Source: an uncultured virus (IMG/VR IMGVR_UViG_3300015608_003726) (taxonomy: Duplodnaviria > Heunggongvirae > Uroviricota > Caudoviricetes). Taken from it: a stretch of 64,000 bases of DNA. The translations under genes were made by a program, and so were the position numbers. The notes below the pieces were generated by a model that was not told where the DNA came from, made no database searches, and worked only from the letters and a program-made list of their open reading frames with translations. Positions 19,601 through 26,430 of the stretch are shown one piece after another. Position 1 is the stretch's first letter; each line of letters begins with the position of its first letter. The stretch lies in the IMG/VR virus record IMGVR_UViG_3300015608_003726. One strand, given 5' to 3'.

Positions 19601-19815
19601 CCGATAGCATAAGCAGTCCAAGAATTGATATTATTTTCATTTCCTAACATACCGATATGGCTCTTCCATATATTGTAGAAAACCATTATAATAGGTTTTC
19701 CATCTATTCCATCAATAGATGACATTATTTTTATTTCTTCGTTTACTTTAGGTAATAAACTCTTGTCCTTAACGGAATCAAGTATTTCTTTAATTATATT
19801 ATCAAAACTAGCCAT
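16609..19815 (-). CDS. dnaE: DNA polymerase III alpha, catalytic/C-terminal part (palm with PDIDxDF, fingers, HhH), intein-containing
   Basis: FPDIDTDF, KYG, SVHPAGV, GLIKFDILAISTL, GVFQAE, ALYRPGP, TYGIICYQE, YGFNK|intein|SHSCAYA, AYLKANFP. Confidence 0.95.
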   Translation of the reverse strand: MASFDNIIKEILDSVKDKSLLPKVNEEIKIMSSIDGIDGKPIIMVFYNIWKSHIGMLGNENNINSWTAYAIGLTNKKPTSDNFLPKRRSFARVGFPDIDTDFDYERRSEIYSYLIEKYGQERVGNIGTYQAMKMKSYIRRSVKSLDPTKSFFKYNTSSDISRYVRGEGKISKEWESEANEKADEIVNSLPPQRGAVLKVTDDNGEEHVIKSVKDAYKWCPEFAFYMDQYPDILKHSQYIEGLLSIYSVHPAGVCLCDVPLSDIAPLRQTKIIKENDEGEDAVVYATQYTNEDLETLGLIKFDILAISTLTVVSECLKMIKERYDISIDIKNLDLKDKKTFDLYQSGNLIGVFQAEEPGMQKTFVQVGCDRFEDIIAIIALYRPGPLSSIPSYANRKRKLEPISYYHKSIESYVKPYLESTYGIICYQETLMQICNSLAGFSISDGYGVIKAVGKKNETLLKKYRNNFIQGCCDKNINKDLSAEYWDKFITPFASYGFNKSMLENTSIRTPDGNKELKNFMPGDKVFCINENGEIELTNVVNLHDHGFLDGYRVIFDDNSEVICSIDHKFLTSKGQLPLWHIWRNGLSIYGTHYEEGDSLYESNNMPCKMRSNSIIDKAEKNTSIIMQNMSIFGLEKETIWRDSGSCFKMRNNLCYFINKDSTSKRMSKMPRHQKTKYYKSYENIKQKQSISKNKSYTFRNCKKNIVKTRDFSFSFRNVKKMERIQSGKIQRMYFCGPEKSKSIKNGDVAKKQNQMGISESSLWRSSKTSGFCKRKYMDRSRWVLPFLSSSKISQKKKRYKRFENYSRERRNAEYRGFEKEYNAHKNFYGMFQKFKRRDERGVVFDNGFYAKISETGHLVSRQIIRIQPVGKQRMYDLEVSCSTHNFLLTNGICTSNSHSCAYANLSYITAYLKANFPEVFMCCYLNVESKRSKHERVEQLEQEAERMGIDILPRSINKCKIDYQISAEKDLSSGVYRSSICPSIMCKGLSSAAAESIVKHQKYKDLRDFAAKTEAKSVDKKAIEALYQAGFFDRDKNKKNIVDDFCVIREDLKKALKKGVEDVDIFNM
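17151..18017 (-). CDS. Vsr/DUF559 (EDxHD)-like homing endonuclease nested in the +1 frame of the DnaE intein
   Basis: AAGGAG-9 nt-ATG start at 18017; two RCG...H...CxxC Zn-finger-like repeats; basic helical segment; nuclease core SRME...QVDF...IEVDGFYH...QERD...LIRI; stop at 17151. Confidence 0.85.
   Translation of the reverse strand: MKAIICHARCGQTVLSIRQKKIHQSSCKICRSLAWKKKPSGEIVVHVSRCGITCATLSTKIQHQKECQKCQDIKKQNIINRMKILNKNNQSPKIKAILSETAKRTSSRPEILASRSETLRKWRESNPEKFKECIFAAQKSPKVSRMETWLRNKIKWESQRVRCGDRQKQVDFVKENIWIEVDGFYHFFPHPKFHRKRNDTRDLKTTQERDEMLNIEALRRNIMLIRISMECFKSSSGEMKEEWFLIMDSMLKSPKPGIWCLGKLYESSPWASKGCMILKCPVLPIIFC
18027..18032 (-). promoter_or_regulatory. Internal Shine-Dalgarno site for the nested endonuclease
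   Basis: GAAGAAGGAGATTCTTTATATG: AAGGAG 9 nt upstream of ATG 18017, within intein codons E-E-G-D. Confidence 0.7.
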
Positions 19816-19821
19816 AATTGT

Positions 19822-20784
19822 TTATTCTAAAAAACCATATTTCTTAATTATATTATAAATACTAAAATAGCCTCTTTCAGTATCTTCAGAGATTTTGTTA
19901 CATATTTGTTTTTTTGACATTCCTTCGCTATTATATTTACGACAAAGATCTTCTATTCTACATAAGGTTTCACTATCTATTTTTTTACCTTGATTTTGTG
20001 GGTATAATTTATTTTTATTTTCTGATATATCAGATCCGTATTTTATATCTTTTATTTTTTCTATATGATAGTCATAAGCATTTTTATTTTTCTCAAAACC
20101 TATGATCTTTCTTCCCATCTTTAAAGAAACATAAGCAGTAGTAAAATTACCAAGAAAAAAATCACAAACAACATCATCCTTATTTGAAGCATATTCAATT
20201 ATCTTTTTTATTAGTTCATTAGGCAATTTGTTTGCATTCTTTGTCTTATCAATATCATATTCTCTATTTATCTCCCATACATCTTCTATATCAGAATATA
20301 AAAGAGATCTCCCTTTTATGTCTTTGTCATAATAAGAGTATCTACCATACAAATTAAATGTATTTTTACTTTTCTTGTCTTTTTTGTAATACAGTATATG
20401 ATAATGAGAAGTTACAAATTTCTTTTTTGTATTTACGCCGAAATTGTATTTCCATATTATATGATTTATTTCAAATAATTTATTTATTCTTGCAGCTGTC
20501 ATAATATCATACAATGAAGAATGTCCTGAAATGACAAACAAAGAGCCATTATCTTTAAGTATTCTTTTTGCTTGTTCCATCCATGAAACGGTCCAATCTA
20601 GGTATTTTTCTGGAGCTTCTACATATCCAGGAATGATCTTATCATTATTTCTATTATAGTGCTTTGAAAAACTTGATTCTCCTATTCCAAAAGGAGGATC
20701 GCATATAATTAAATCAATGCTTTTATCACCTATTAATTCAATAGATCCTTGTATACAGTCTTTGTTATATATATGATAGTTCAT
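19822..20784 (-). CDS. N4/N6 DNA methyltransferase (beta class) with C-terminal helical extension
   Basis: IDLIICDPPF, RILKDNGS, IIWKY, KLPNELI, DVVCDFFLGNFTT, GRKIIGFE. Confidence 0.88.
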   Translation of the reverse strand: MNYHIYNKDCIQGSIELIGDKSIDLIICDPPFGIGESSFSKHYNRNNDKIIPGYVEAPEKYLDWTVSWMEQAKRILKDNGSLFVISGHSSLYDIMTAARINKLFEINHIIWKYNFGVNTKKKFVTSHYHILYYKKDKKSKNTFNLYGRYSYYDKDIKGRSLLYSDIEDVWEINREYDIDKTKNANKLPNELIKKIIEYASNKDDVVCDFFLGNFTTAYVSLKMGRKIIGFEKNKNAYDYHIEKIKDIKYGSDISENKNKLYPQNQGKKIDSETLCRIEDLCRKYNSEGMSKKQICNKISEDTERGYFSIYNIIKKYGFLE

Positions 20785-22178
20785 TAATATCTGTCAACTC
20801 CGCCAAGATCATCTTCAACTTCTCTTGCATCTTCTGTTTGAGAAGAAACAGGTATTTTATGTTTTGTATCTGAGAAAAAATCCTGTACAGATACGTACCG
20901 AAGAGAATCAAATCCTAAAAATCTTTCCCATAACAACCCATATTCAATAGGATCAGGCCCATATGCTATTTCAAGCGTTCTTAATAATACGCTTCCGTAC
21001 CCGCTTCCTCTGCCAGCTCCAACTAAAATTCCTCTTTTTTCTGCTTCTTTTATATAATCTCTTACAATAAGAAAATAAGTAGAAAAATCATATTTATTAT
21101 TATCTAAAGCAACTTTTACATCTTCTATTTCTAGATTTAATCTTTTTACATGATCTGGACTTTTATCCCAATTAAGTCTCTTAAGCCCGTCGTAAGCCAA
21201 ATATTTCATATATTCAAATGGAGAAGAAAATTGCTCAGGTATTTTTATTTTAGGCAGCCTCATACCTCCGTTTAAATGAGAATATATATCATTAAAATCA
21301 ACAGATTCTGCAAGTATATTTGTATTATATAGCAATTCTGGTCTTGTACCAAATATTTTACCCATCTCAGGAGCCGATTTTAAATAAAATTCATCATAAG
21401 GGAAGTGAAGATGTTTTGGATCATGAAGACATTTTGATGAGGAAATTGCCATAAGAAGTTCGTGGGATTTACCCATATCTTTTGAAGTATAATGAGTATC
21501 GTTGGAACATATCGTTTTAATGTTTAATTCTTGACCCAGCTTAATAACATCTGGTATAATAGCAGATTCAGCATCTATTCCATGATACATTACTTCTAAA
21601 TAGAAATTTTCTTTAAATATATCTTTTAAATAAGATGCAGTTTTCTTTGCCTGGTCGTATCTGTCATGAAGAAGATTTGCATTAATGACAGAAGAAAGAC
21701 AAGCAGAAGAAACTATAAGTCCTTCGCTGTGTTTTTCTAGTAAACCAAAATCTATGCGAGGATTTCCAATATAATAACCCTCTGTCCAGCTCATTTGGCT
21801 CAAACGACATAGATTTTGATATCCGGCCCAATTTTTTGCTATAATAACAAGATGTCTATTACCTCTTTTAAGATCCGGTTGCTCTTCTTTTGATCTTGCA
21901 AATCTATTTTTAGACACATAAAATTCGGAACCTATTAATGGCTTTATAGTTGGATAAGGTATTTCTTTTCCCTCCTTATCCTTTGTCTTCATACATTCTT
22001 GTATAAACTTTATAGCTCCGCCAATGTTACCGTGATCTGTTATAGCAAGACTTCTAAACCCCATCTTTCTTGCAGCCATCGGAAACGAAGAAATTTTATT
22101 CAATCCATCAAAAGAAGAATATTCAGTGTGACAATGTACATGCACAAAATCTGCATTTGATACGATCTTTTTTCCCAT
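20784..22178 (-). CDS. dnaE: DNA polymerase III alpha, N-terminal part (PHP domain through the GRGS and ERFL motifs)
   Basis: FVHVHCHTEYSSFDG, AITDHG, GSEFY, HL..AKN..GYQNL, SACL, FYLEV, NDTHY, YFLIV, GAGRGSGYGS, LLWERFL, then an acidic tail and stop. Confidence 0.93.
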   Translation of the reverse strand: MGKKIVSNADFVHVHCHTEYSSFDGLNKISSFPMAARKMGFRSLAITDHGNIGGAIKFIQECMKTKDKEGKEIPYPTIKPLIGSEFYVSKNRFARSKEEQPDLKRGNRHLVIIAKNWAGYQNLCRLSQMSWTEGYYIGNPRIDFGLLEKHSEGLIVSSACLSSVINANLLHDRYDQAKKTASYLKDIFKENFYLEVMYHGIDAESAIIPDVIKLGQELNIKTICSNDTHYTSKDMGKSHELLMAISSSKCLHDPKHLHFPYDEFYLKSAPEMGKIFGTRPELLYNTNILAESVDFNDIYSHLNGGMRLPKIKIPEQFSSPFEYMKYLAYDGLKRLNWDKSPDHVKRLNLEIEDVKVALDNNKYDFSTYFLIVRDYIKEAEKRGILVGAGRGSGYGSVLLRTLEIAYGPDPIEYGLLWERFLGFDSLRYVSVQDFFSDTKHKIPVSSQTEDAREVEDDLGGVDRY

Positions 22179-22224
22179 GTTGTACTTTCGACTAATGTTA
22201 ATCTAAATAAAATGTATTCACAAA

Positions 22225-22572
22225 CTATTCTGTATCTAAAAATCTTATACGATTATCATTATTGGGTTTTATATATTTATCAGAATTTTTTGTAATAATT
22301 TTTATTTCTATAAAATTTTTAATAGGTATATCTTTATATATCATAACAGAATTATTCTTATATATTTTTATATTTACTAAATTGCCATTTATAGAAGTCG
22401 CCCTCATTCGTTCATATAATAAAGCAGATTCTCCGTCTTTTACTGAAACAATAGCAGAAAAATCAATTTGATCTTTTACTAAATTATCAAATATACTTTT
22501 GGATACTTCTTCATCGTTTATTTCTTCGTCGCATAAATCTGCAATAACGATTTCTTTTAATATATATCTCAT
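22225..22572 (-). CDS. Hypothetical protein
   Basis: 115 aa, ATGA-coupled; C-terminus RIRFLDTE. Confidence 0.7.
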   Translation of the reverse strand: MRYILKEIVIADLCDEEINDEEVSKSIFDNLVKDQIDFSAIVSVKDGESALLYERMRATSINGNLVNIKIYKNNSVMIYKDIPIKNFIEIKIITKNSDKYIKPNNDNRIRFLDTE

Positions 22573-22811
22573 CTCATCCTCTTTCTTTCGCCTGTTTTTC
22601 CGTCTTTTACATATTTTGGTTTTAATTTCTTAATAAAATCAGAATGTTTATCCCATACAGGTTGATCAGTTATAGCATTGGGACATGACAGTAATCTTTT
22701 AATATTTTTTGATTGACAGTGTTCGCACATATCGCAAGACGAATCGCTCGACAACAATAATACCTCAAAATTTTTATGACAAGACAAACATTGATATTCA
22801 TATAAAGGCAT
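22569..22811 (-). CDS. FmdB-family zinc-ribbon protein
   Basis: MPLYEYQCLSCHKNFEVL...CEHCQS..IKRLLS; probable start ATG 22811. Confidence 0.85.
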   Translation of the reverse strand: MPLYEYQCLSCHKNFEVLLLSSDSSCDMCEHCQSKNIKRLLSCPNAITDQPVWDKHSDFIKKLKPKYVKDGKTGERKRMR

Positions 22812-22812
22812 A

Positions 22813-23568
22813 TTAGTCTTCCAGATCCATACGAATAGGATTAAAAACATAAGGCTTAATTATATCATCATTTTTTTCTGTCTTTGGTTTTATATTCTTT
22901 TTATCCCATATTTTCATAATTCTTTTTCCTAAATCTATAGATTCCTTGTATACTGATTCAAATAACCTTCTATCATCTTCGTCTGTTTTACATAAATCAA
23001 AATTCTTATTTGGTATAATAATACTAAATAAATATGGGAGAAAAATATCTACGATAATTTCATCATCTGTTTTTCCTCTCATTCTACAAAAATCTATCAT
23101 GTTCCCATATGCAAATTCCTCTTCTATCTGCATAGTCTTTTCTGTTTCGCATATTTTTCCAGAAACATAATGCAGTAATTCATGAACTAATATTTGTTCT
23201 ATTGTTATATGAGACTGTATAGCTGACCATCTATCTGAATTGGTTGGTATATTTGAATCTTTTAAATTAGAAAGAGAATCTGGTATAACTACTATTTTTT
23301 CTACGCGAGAATAAAAACCTCCGATTCCCTTATATCCTACATTATCTAAAAACCTTCTTGGACACATATATACAGTTGCTTCTTTAACCTTTGCGTTAGG
23401 AAACATATTATCAACATAATCAAATGCAGATTTAAAATCTTCATAAGAAACTATCTTTGTTTTTTTGTTAGATTTTATTTTATCTAATGATTCTTTATGA
23501 AGCTGAATCGTCTTCTGATTTCTCGCTTTCATTTTCCGTTTGAATCTCAAATATCGGTTGTATGACAT
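22813..23568 (-). CDS. HExxH zincin-like metallopeptidase domain protein
   Basis: GGFYS, ILVHELLHY, downstream EEEFAY third ligand. Confidence 0.7.
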   Translation of the reverse strand: MSYNRYLRFKRKMKARNQKTIQLHKESLDKIKSNKKTKIVSYEDFKSAFDYVDNMFPNAKVKEATVYMCPRRFLDNVGYKGIGGFYSRVEKIVVIPDSLSNLKDSNIPTNSDRWSAIQSHITIEQILVHELLHYVSGKICETEKTMQIEEEFAYGNMIDFCRMRGKTDDEIIVDIFLPYLFSIIIPNKNFDLCKTDEDDRRLFESVYKESIDLGKRIMKIWDKKNIKPKTEKNDDIIKPYVFNPIRMDLED

Positions 23569-23800
23569 CTTTTTTTACCTGACCTTTATGTATAAATCCT
23601 TCGCATTCATAAACAAAATGTGGTCTTCCATTTACTACATAAGCTCTGCATTTTTTGCTTATGCCCATAACAGATATCTGTACTGGTCTTATCGGATTAT
23701 CGCAGTCTCTAGTAATACATGCATCACACAAAGAAGGTATTATACCAGAAGAAGCTACTGGTAATTTTTCAATAGATATTTTTTGACATCGATATATCAT
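23495..23800 (-). CDS. Cys-rich hypothetical protein
   Basis: CDACITRDCDNP...YECEGF; acidic tail overlaps the next gene. Confidence 0.65.
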   Translation of the reverse strand: MIYRCQKISIEKLPVASSGIIPSLCDACITRDCDNPIRPVQISVMGISKKCRAYVVNGRPHFVYECEGFIHKGQVKKDVIQPIFEIQTENESEKSEDDSAS

Positions 23801-24321
23801 TCTTTACGGACTATCCTCTTTCCTGATGCTTTTGCTCGCTTAATTGCTTCCATTCTTTCTTGATTGTATTTAGCAGCATCTTCTGTGTTTTCTTTGTTAT
23901 TAGAATGAACGCTAATAGAATTGTATTCGTTTTTATCTTCTTCAAAAGAAGGCATTGAAATAGATCCTAAATCATTTTCATTCGTTTCTAAAGAAAAATC
24001 ACTTAATGGAACAGAATTTGAAAAAGAAGATATAGGATCAACATTATTCATTGGTAAATTATCTTTAAAAGAAGATTCATTATTATTACTTAAAACATCG
24101 TCTTTCATTTTAATTACATTTTTTGAATATAAAAAACGTACTACATCAATAAACATTTCCGCAGGAGCAGAGTATAAATCAGAACCATCTTCTGATAACA
24201 AAGTAATGGTTGGACCATGATGTTCAGTGTAAGAATATCGTATATTCTGAAATACAGACTTTTCCATATTTTCATACGTAAATTCTATGCTTGTTTTAGA
24301 AGTGTTTTCATTTATCGGCAT
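23797..24321 (-). CDS. Hypothetical protein
   Basis: 174 aa with GGAGGT RBS. Confidence 0.75.
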   Translation of the reverse strand: MPINENTSKTSIEFTYENMEKSVFQNIRYSYTEHHGPTITLLSEDGSDLYSAPAEMFIDVVRFLYSKNVIKMKDDVLSNNNESSFKDNLPMNNVDPISSFSNSVPLSDFSLETNENDLGSISMPSFEEDKNEYNSISVHSNNKENTEDAAKYNQERMEAIKRAKASGKRIVRKE

Positions 24322-24329
24322 GCTACCTC

Positions 24330-24521
24330 CTATTTTTTATCTTTTAATTTATTTCTTAAATAATCTATAATATCATTTTTGTTATCGTCATATTTTGATC
24401 TCAAATTACTAAAAACTTGTCTTTCTGGCTTTATGAAATAAGAACAATTCATACAAACCTTACCAAAAAAATTAGTATGATTATCATATCTGTATCCGCA
24501 CTTAGGACATATTATAATCAT
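24330..24521 (-). CDS. Small zinc-ribbon protein
   Basis: IICPKCG...VCMNCS. Confidence 0.65.
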   Translation of the reverse strand: MIIICPKCGYRYDNHTNFFGKVCMNCSYFIKPERQVFSNLRSKYDDNKNDIIDYLRNKLKDKK

Positions 24522-24523
24522 AT

Positions 24524-24955
24524 TTAATCTTCCTGGTTATTGCCAAAAATATTATCAAAATATGAAGAATAAATCATTCCTGTTTCCCATTGATACTTCC
24601 AAAAATCAATTCTTTCTTCTATCACAGAAGAAGACGGTTCTGGCTGATTCCATCCTTTCTGCATGCACCACTGCGAAAAACATCTTATATCAACATTATA
24701 AAAAGTATCTCTAATTACAGGAGAATAAGAAACAATAAATACATTTTTATTATTATCAAATTGACAAACAAATTCATTATATCCGAAATTATTTAAAACA
24801 CCTATATTTGATCTAATAAACCATTCATTTCTTTTTGCGTTACAAGAATGTTTGTTCATAATAGAATTTGCAACATCAAAAACTCCATCAGATTCGTTGA
24901 GCGTAACATCTGTCATGTATATTTCGAATTCAATTGGACTCTGATCTTCGCTCAT
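24524..24955 (-). CDS. Hypothetical protein
   Basis: 143 aa, Trp-rich C-terminal half, tightly coupled. Confidence 0.7.
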   Translation of the reverse strand: MSEDQSPIEFEIYMTDVTLNESDGVFDVANSIMNKHSCNAKRNEWFIRSNIGVLNNFGYNEFVCQFDNNKNVFIVSYSPVIRDTFYNVDIRCFSQWCMQKGWNQPEPSSSVIEERIDFWKYQWETGMIYSSYFDNIFGNNQED

Positions 24956-24956
24956 A

Positions 24957-25790
24957 TTAATGTGTCTCTGTATTATTTTTCTTTATACGTTCAGATCTTG
25001 GAACATAATTATCGTCAATAAAAATATCATCTATAGAAAGAAGCCTGTTTTTTGCTATTTGTATATATCTTTCAGAATTATCAATTCCTATATAATTTCT
25101 ATGTAGCATTTTTGCTACATAACAAGTAGTGCCTGAACCTGAAAATGGATCTAGAATTAAATCATCTCTATAAGAATATAATTTTATTACTCTTTTTGCT
25201 AATTCTTCTGGAAATGGAGCGGGATGTCCTGTGTCTCTTTTTGTTTCAGGCTTGATATCCCAAAAACTCATAGTATAATTTTCAAATTCCTCTTTTGTCA
25301 TATCTGATTTTTCAGAATCTCCAATAAGAGTATATGATTCTTTTGACCAAACAATAAGATATTCATGATTTCTTCTAACAATAGGAGTCGAACAACTCAT
25401 CCAAGACCCCCACGCAGTTGCTCTTCCTACTACTTGATGTTTGTGCCATGCTATGTCTGTAAAAAATTTAAATCCTACATCTTTATTAATATTGCATAAA
25501 TCAGCGTACAATGGCCTAAAATAACATTCTTCTTTAGATTCGTGATTTACTGTAGAATCATGATTAACTACAAGCCTACCTCCTGATTTTAAAACCCTAT
25601 AACATTCATGAAATACGCTCTTTAACCAAGAAATATAACTTTCATATTCCATAGAATCAGAATAATTTTCGTATTTGATACCAACATTATATGGAGGGCT
25701 GGTTAGTATAAGACTAACAGAATTGTCAGGTATTAATTTCATACCTTCAAGTACATCTGAACATATAAATACATCTCTTAATTCCATCAT
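24957..25790 (-). CDS. N4-cytosine/N6-adenine DNA methyltransferase (beta class)
   Basis: LILTSPPYN, RVLKSGG, HPAPFPEEL, ILDPFSGSGTT, YIGID. Confidence 0.92.
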   Translation of the reverse strand: MMELRDVFICSDVLEGMKLIPDNSVSLILTSPPYNVGIKYENYSDSMEYESYISWLKSVFHECYRVLKSGGRLVVNHDSTVNHESKEECYFRPLYADLCNINKDVGFKFFTDIAWHKHQVVGRATAWGSWMSCSTPIVRRNHEYLIVWSKESYTLIGDSEKSDMTKEEFENYTMSFWDIKPETKRDTGHPAPFPEELAKRVIKLYSYRDDLILDPFSGSGTTCYVAKMLHRNYIGIDNSERYIQIAKNRLLSIDDIFIDDNYVPRSERIKKNNTETH

Positions 25791-26416
25791 TAAACTCCAT
25801 TTGTATTCATCATTATTTTTTTAATTTCTTTAATGTCTTTTTCTTTATTGTAAAACAATAATTTTTTATGAAGAATTTCTGGTAAATCTGAATTTATTTT
25901 CTCTATACTAGATATATCGTTTGATAGAGCAAAACTATCAACAATCTTATACATATTTTCGCAACAATCAAAACACTTAATATCATTAAATGTTTTGACT
26001 AAAAAATTATGCGTCATACATGACATAGGAAGAAGATAGTTCCAAACATCATCATTATCTTTATTGTTATCAATTGAATTATTTATTTCCAAAATAAGAT
26101 GATCAATAACATCATCTACATGTATATTTAAATCCTGCAAAAGTCTTGTTATGGATTTTTTAAGTGATACTTTTTCCATAATTTGATAAAGATTAATTAT
26201 ATTTCCGCTCATTTTACATCCATAACAAAAGAAGTCCTGCTTTTCTCCTTTATCGTAAACAAAAAATGACGGCGTATTATCCTCTTTATGATCTGGAAGA
26301 GGGCATTTAAAGATATATTTATTTCCAGATGTTTTTTCTGGATAAATGTCTTTAGATTTGAGATAATCTAATATAGAATGCTTCTTGAAAATTTGTTCCA
26401 TTTCATATGACGACAT
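25790..26416 (-). CDS. Stand-alone CHC2 primase zinc-finger protein
   Basis: CPLPDHKEDNTPSF...FFCYGCKMSGNII is the DnaG zinc-binding domain, followed by a helical domain; no TOPRIM; directly downstream of dnaB. Confidence 0.85.
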   Translation of the reverse strand: MSSYEMEQIFKKHSILDYLKSKDIYPEKTSGNKYIFKCPLPDHKEDNTPSFFVYDKGEKQDFFCYGCKMSGNIINLYQIMEKVSLKKSITRLLQDLNIHVDDVIDHLILEINNSIDNNKDNDDVWNYLLPMSCMTHNFLVKTFNDIKCFDCCENMYKIVDSFALSNDISSIEKINSDLPEILHKKLLFYNKEKDIKEIKKIMMNTNGV

Positions 26417-26430
26417 ATTTTATATACCTA

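Noticed and set aside
19700..20900. Split intein joining the two DnaE halves
   Set aside because: No Cys/Ser block A after the ERFL motif and no F/G block with terminal Asn before PDID.
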